A DNA stretch of 56,731 bases, filler included, from Jimgerdemannia flammicorona (lineage: Eukaryota): assembly GCA_003990765.1 (NCBI GenBank). It is 3 parts of 3 records of this genome, joined end to end, with 100 filler letters (N's around TTAATTAATTAA, not from the genome) between each part and the next. Parts side by side here need not be neighbours in the genome. Positions count along the whole stretch, not along the records: positions 37,891 to 56,731 come from RBNJ01002094.1; 2 more parts are not named here. The stretch is one strand, 5' to 3'. The position numbers and the translations under genes were made by a program. Shown in pieces: positions 51,166 to 56,731 of the stretch (position 1 is the first letter of the stretch; each line of letters begins with the position of its first letter). Under the pieces are notes generated by a model. The model was not told the DNA's origin and ran no database searches. It was given only the letters and a program-made list of their open reading frames with translations.

Positions 51166-52114
51166 ATTGATTGCTGGAGGCAGTTGGACTGCTGGTAGTG
51201 GTGTTACTGGTACTACTTGAGGTACTGGTGCAGAGTGTGATGGGGTTCTTTGGGTCTGTGTAAGTTGCTGGAGTAGTAGTTGTAGATCTGGAGTGAGGGC
51301 TTGATAGATAGCTGTTTGTTGCTGTGTAGGTGTATTCTGTCCTGATGGATGTGTGTCTCCTTCGGTGGTGTATCTGGGATTGAATTCGGTGAGATACTCC
51401 TCCTCTTCTTCGGTTTGGTCCCCATGTAATTGGGTTTGCTCAGCGTCAAAGTAGACAGAATCAGTTGTATATCTGATTTCAGATGAACTTAATTCAAAGT
51501 CAAGTTCAGGTTCGGTATTGATTTCAGATTCGGGTAGGGCTGTAGCAGGGCCTGCTTCAGGTTCAGGGTCAGGTAGTTGATGAAGGGTTTCTCTTGCTTC
51601 TTCTTTAAGAATATGGTGGGCCTTGCTGTTCTGAAATCAGTAGTATAAGACAGTTTTGGTCCTGGTATGGTGAAAGTCGGTAGAGTTGAGCCACTTGGCT
51701 ACAGAGGCTTGGGCTTCGTGAGGAACTAAGGCTAGAAAGACTGCTGCTGGTTGTCCTAGGTCGCTCGGATTTGTGGAGCTGACAAAACTCTTGTTGAGAA
51801 GAGTAAAGAAGGCTTCAATAAGACCTTCTTCATCTTGACTTACTGGGTGTAGTGCAAGAAGTTCAGTGAATAGGGTTTCGCCTATTTGCTGGTTTAATCG
51901 GAGTACTTCTTTCTTTGAATGAAGTTTGTCCCACTTGTTGCAGGTATGGAGGTCAAATTGTCCTTGTACGTCAGGTTCAATTCTCTCTAGATTGTCAGAT
52001 GGTTCAGGATAAATTCCAGTTCAGAGGTTGGGCTTTATACCAACTTGTAGGAATTTGCAAAGGGGTTTGTAGTGGGGTGAGGAAGCGTCTTGAAGTGGAA
52101 TTGGATTGTAAACT

Positions 52115-52124
52115 GCTGCTACCA
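52115..52124 (-). promoter_or_regulatory. Primer-binding site, initiator tRNA-Met-like
   Basis: TGGTAGCAGC 3 nt inside the 5' LTR end. Complementary to the ...GCUACCA end typical of eukaryotic tRNA-iMet. Confidence 0.7.
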
Positions 52125-52127
52125 AGT

Positions 52128-53620
52128 TGTAAGAGGGTTACTTTTTAGAGTGACCATTACATAGTTCTAGAAGGGTTTTCTGGATATTCTGGATGTTCTG
52201 GAAGACCGTTTTCTTATGGTCAAGATCAATTTCATATGGAGTACATCCTCTATGCTTATTGATTTCAAGATTGGGTTGACGTCTCAACCAAAGTCCTTTT
52301 CCGGACTAGTTCTGGATGTTCAGGATTTTCCGTATTTCAGGAAGTTCAAGAAACTAAGACCAGCTTAGTTGAATTGGCATATCGCTGCAGACAATACCCA
52401 ATTAGGAAATTTCGTGACAGGGTTAGGAGTAGGACCTAACAGAGAGCGGATTTACTTAAGAGTGGTTTATGGGTTATGGAATAGGTTTATTTGCTATTCA
52501 TGATATTGCTATACTAGGAGTATTGTGTGAGAGATATTGTGGGGAAGTGCTCAGGAGTTGTGTTCAGATTGTTCAAGTCTTCAAGTCTGAGATTCTGAGG
52601 TCTGGGGGAGGGGGTATTTATACTAGTGAGGGGCTATCTGGACTATGCTAGATGTGGATGTAGCACTAAGTGCCTTGCTGAGTCGGAATGCAGTCACGTA
52701 GTACAAGTGTGATCTGATATGTCAAAAGATCGTCTGACTGCTGAGTCAGTTCACAGTTACGTCGTACAAGGCTAATCTATCTATACTATGACTGCTAGGC
52801 TATTTATAGGTTTAGGCACTGTCTGGGTAGTCTTTGATAACATCACCATTGATGACATCATTGCTGGCAAAGTCTGAGTAGTTTTCTGACTTCTGATGTC
52901 ACCAGTTTCAAAGGTGTCGTCACTTCTATCTCTTGCAAGAATAAGGCTGTTCTTGGTGGTGGTGGTTGTACAAGGATAACAGGTCTTGGTTCTCTTTTTT
53001 TTTGGTCTGCTGGCGCATTTGCGAGGACTGGCCATTCTTGTCTAGGGCGAGGGCTCCCAATGTTGTGGCTGGGGGTTTGAACCTCTCGGAAATGATATTT
53101 TCTATAATCTGAGGCAATTTCTAGTAGTAATATCTGTCACATGGATGGCTTGAGATTGGTTTCGACGTTGTCGGCTTTCTTGAGTTCAGATGAAGTGTCC
53201 ATCACTCTCCAACAGAGGTGACACAGATAAAGCGAACAGAGTTGTTCAAATGCGTTTTGCTTCTGCTAAGTAATGAGGTCTTGTACATATAGTCACAGTA
53301 TATCTTGGTCTTCAGTTGATAAGTGCAGTTCGTGAACCTTTTGATGGGTAAGATAGGGTTCTTCTTGTCTTGATTTGAGTTTGGTACTTTTGGTTTCTTT
53401 TGTAATAGTACAGTACACCAAACTAGCTATAGCAGTTCAGAGTCAGTCTTATGGTTGTAGTACTTCTTCTAGTATTTTTGTATCTTGGCGGTGGGTTCTC
53501 ATGCTTGCTGGCGTATTTGTGTAATCAGATGATCTCTTGTTTTGTAGTCTCGCATGTGGTTTCCGAATTAGTTCTAAGGATGCCATGCGATTTTGGTGGC
53601 TTAGAGGTTGTATGCTTACA
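52128..53620 (-). repeat. 5' LTR, family B, U3 variant 2 (1493 bp)
   Basis: Paired with 47246-48734. Confidence 0.95.
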
Positions 53621-54318
53621 TCTTGAGTATAACTGTATAATATTCTCTACCTGTGTGTCTAGAAGATTTTAACTAGTTTTCTATATATAAAGAAAATCAT
53701 AATTCTGATTATATAAAAATAAGCAATAGTAATGAACAGAAGTAATCTCTTTAGAATGATAATATTTCTATCAGATAAGTAGAGATAAAATCCATAAAGG
53801 ACTTCATTTTTAAGATATTATATAATTTACTATACCAAGATAGACTTACTTTCTATAATGAGTTTAGATATGATCAAGTTTTGAAAATACAGCCATCTTG
53901 TCACTTATCAAAAGTTTTCCTTAGTAAGTAGTTTGTTGAAGATTAAATTGAATACTTTATTTATCCTTACTATGAATCTATTATCAAAAGCTTGTAAAAG
54001 ATAAGACTTAGACCACTCTCTTTATAAAAACCTAGAGCTTTCTGTATCAAGACTAATAGAGTTTAGTTGAGTGTTAGCAAATTTGATATATCTTCAAAAT
54101 GAAGTATTTTCAGATATTTTACATACTATATATCAAAGGTATAGAGCAAGAGTTAATTACTTAACAGCAAGACAAAAACTTATATTTAAGATCATTAGTA
54201 TAGTAATAAACCTATATAATCATAGATAGAAGTTCTTTATTATTTGGTATCTTTTTTTGTTCTTCTTTACTCAGTATAGTAATAGACTAAGCTAACACTA
54301 AAGAAGTCTTGATTATAG

Positions 54319-54322
<4 letters not shown>

Positions 54323-54365
<43 letters not shown>

Positions 54366-56694
54366 CTTTTATAGTCACTTGGACTCCTTTATTACGAACT
54401 ATCTAATACAATACCAACTAACCACAAACTATAACGAACATCACATAACATATATAAGTAGAGCCCTTTAACTAACTTTAACCAACTTCTTCCTTCCATC
54501 TCACCCCTCAATTATCTAAAACCAGAAACCCTCGACTCCTCTGTACAATGTTCTGCACCTTCTTTAAGGCCCCTGGTTGAAGTTGCTTCCCCTGATACCA
54601 CCATCCCTGAACCACCTTCTGGAGAAGCCACCTCTACTGCTCCACCATCTCACTAATCCCCATCCATGGGTTCTGTTCAAAAATCCACTACCAATGTACT
54701 GCCAACAAGACCCAGACCCCCAAAACTTGACCAAGGCCACTCCATATATCACCAATTTCCCCTACCAGCCAGTGCTTAACCACCAGACTGATCAGATTCT
54801 CTGCCCTATACCTCTCAGAGCCCCAGTAACCTTCCAAACTCTGCCAAAATCCTTCCACACCTGGGCAGGCCTCCAGAACATATTCAGGCATCTGAACCAC
54901 TCTACCATCTATCTCATCACACCACTTGCAATCCCAACAGCCATCTACCTCCATCCAGCCAGTCCGATAGTTCAGCATTACATTATGCCTTAAAAATTGC
55001 CACCAAACCACCCAGTATTTGGATGGCACTATCTTGTGTACTGAGGCTCCCCAATTCCAAATTCTAGCCCACTCTCAGTCTTCACTGATACCAGCTCTCT
55101 GCCACCCAGGTGGCCATCTCTCCAGAGGGCCAGATCTGATCCACTCCATTGCCTCAATCAGAGAGTACTCCTTCAGACTGTGGCCACCAACATGAAGGTC
55201 TCCCAGTCACCACCACCTCTGCTCAGGGTTCATACCCACCTCTATCTCTGGGCCTGCCAACCCCATGGCCAGCCAGGCCTCTACAATACCCCACCAGAAC
55301 CCCTTAAACCGCAGTCGGCCTACACTCTTAACTTGAAGCAAGCCCCTCATATCCTTCCAAACCTCACTATGAGGGCAGAACTGGACCCCCCAATTGTCCA
55401 TGGCCAGCCTGCCCCAACCTCCTTCACCTAGTTCCATCATTCGGCACTCCCACCAGCCCCAAAGCACCTTCAGCCAGCATCTGAAATCCACCAACCCCAG
55501 GCCTCCATCTGAAGTCCTCATCACTAAAGTCTTCCATCCAATCTGCAGATGCCTCCCCTACCATAACCACCCTTTGACAATCTTCTTCAACTGCTGCACC
55601 ACCCACCCTGGGAAATCCAGATGATAACCCAGATATGTACCACAGTTTGGGCAGCCAGTACACATTCAAGACCACTATCCTGCCAACCAAGGAGAAGCTC
55701 CTCTCTGACCAATCTGTCAGAGCACCTTCCAGCCTCTGAATTAAACCACACCACCACTCCTTTGGCAGGACTGTCCCATATACCAAGAACCAGATAACCA
55801 GATATCGAACCACACTCCCTGTGGCTACCAATTGTCCAAATTATCTATGACCCCCCAGGCCAGCACCAAGTTCTATTGTCTCGTACTTGCCCCAATTCAA
55901 CTTCACCCCTGCCAGCCTCTCATACTGTCCAACCCCTGCTTGCAGGGCTTCAGCATCCTCCTGACTACCCAGTCCTACCACTATATCATCCACAAAGGCA
56001 CTCAGCTGTCAGACCACATCTCCCATCTTCAGTCCTGAGAGCCACCCCTTCAGCCATGCCAGCAGAGGCTCTAGAGAAAGCACATAAAGAAGGGGAGAGA
56101 GAGGATCCCTCTGTAGTACCCCTCACCCCAAGGCAAACTCTGGTCTACACCAACCATTCATCATGACCACTGCCCGGCATTCCCATACCAAACCCATCAA
56201 ATGCCCTGCCTCTACTACACCAAACCCGACCCTCCTCAGAACAGCCTCCAGATAACTCTACCGCACTCTGTCATAGGCCTTCTCTTGATCCAGAAAGACC
56301 ATCTGACCATCCACCTGCCGGCTCCTACAGCTCTATAAAACATTCTGCACTCAGGCAGTACTATCTCTGATCTGCCTCCCCTTGATAAAGCTATGCTGCT
56401 CCTCCCCAACTAGTGCACCAATGTACTGCTGCATCCTCCCTGCTAGAATCTTTGACACTAACTTTCTATCCACATTCAGCAGCATGATAGGCCACCAGTT
56501 ATGCCACACCCATCAATTCCCCTTTTCCTTATATAGAAGAGAAACTAGCCCCAAGGAGCCATTATCTATCCAGCAGCCCTCCTTCAGAACAGCATTAGCC
56601 ATCTCCACCAGCCAGTCACCAAACTCAGCCTTGAACTCCTTCCAGAATTCCCAGAGCAACCCATCCTCCCCTGGGGATAAACTCGTCTGTGTCT

Positions 56695-56700
<6 letters not shown>
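54323..56700 (-). mobile_element. 3' part of a second L1/Tx1-type LINE family (RT and Cys-rich end) with poly(A)
   Basis: WWPIMLLNVDRK, FLDQEKAYDRV, AFVDDIV, RYLVIW, GGLGL, CKWC. Poly(T) 54323-54365 on the plus strand. Another T-run follows at the window end. Confidence 0.9.

Positions 56701-56731
<31 letters not shown>

Larger units (their letters stand above)
47246..53620 (-). mobile_element. Complete non-autonomous Ty3/gypsy (chromovirus-like) family B element lacking RT-RH-IN
   Basis: Two highly similar LTRs, TSD TCCTG/TCTTG, PBS, PPT and a single frame Gag-dUTPase-protease-chromodomain start. Confidence 0.95.

Noticed and set aside
47246..53620. Endogenous betaretrovirus (gag-dut-pro order)
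   Set aside because: No env. The sibling RT and the chromodomain lead-in are Ty3/gypsy-like.

Overview
Eukaryotic, almost certainly fungal, repeat-rich DNA: genes have short GT-AG introns, and an early-diverging lineage such as Mucoromycota is plausible but only inferred. Two identical 100-nt spacers (44 N + TTAATTAATTAA + 44 N) split the window into pieces of 18845, 18845 and 18841 nt. These are probably three unlinked contigs concatenated by size. Most of the DNA is retroelement debris mutated by C>T/G>A changes. It includes at least four Ty3/gypsy-type LTR families (three with a dUTPase), several L1/Tx1-type LINEs, a DIRS/Ngaro tyrosine-recombinase element, a 1.15-kb non-coding poly(A) retroposon (2 copies) and a hAT-like MITE. 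CpG-retaining islands hold a spliced GAT-domain gene, an exon-per-repeat LRR pseudogene and an intact 360-aa helical protein gene. The most striking structure is LTR family B (4 copies). Its U3 region is exchangeable: one variant carries a 365-codon unknown ORF upstream of the LTR TATA box, while the other has unrelated U3 sequence between the same conserved ends. All calls come from reading and manual translation; no database search was run.
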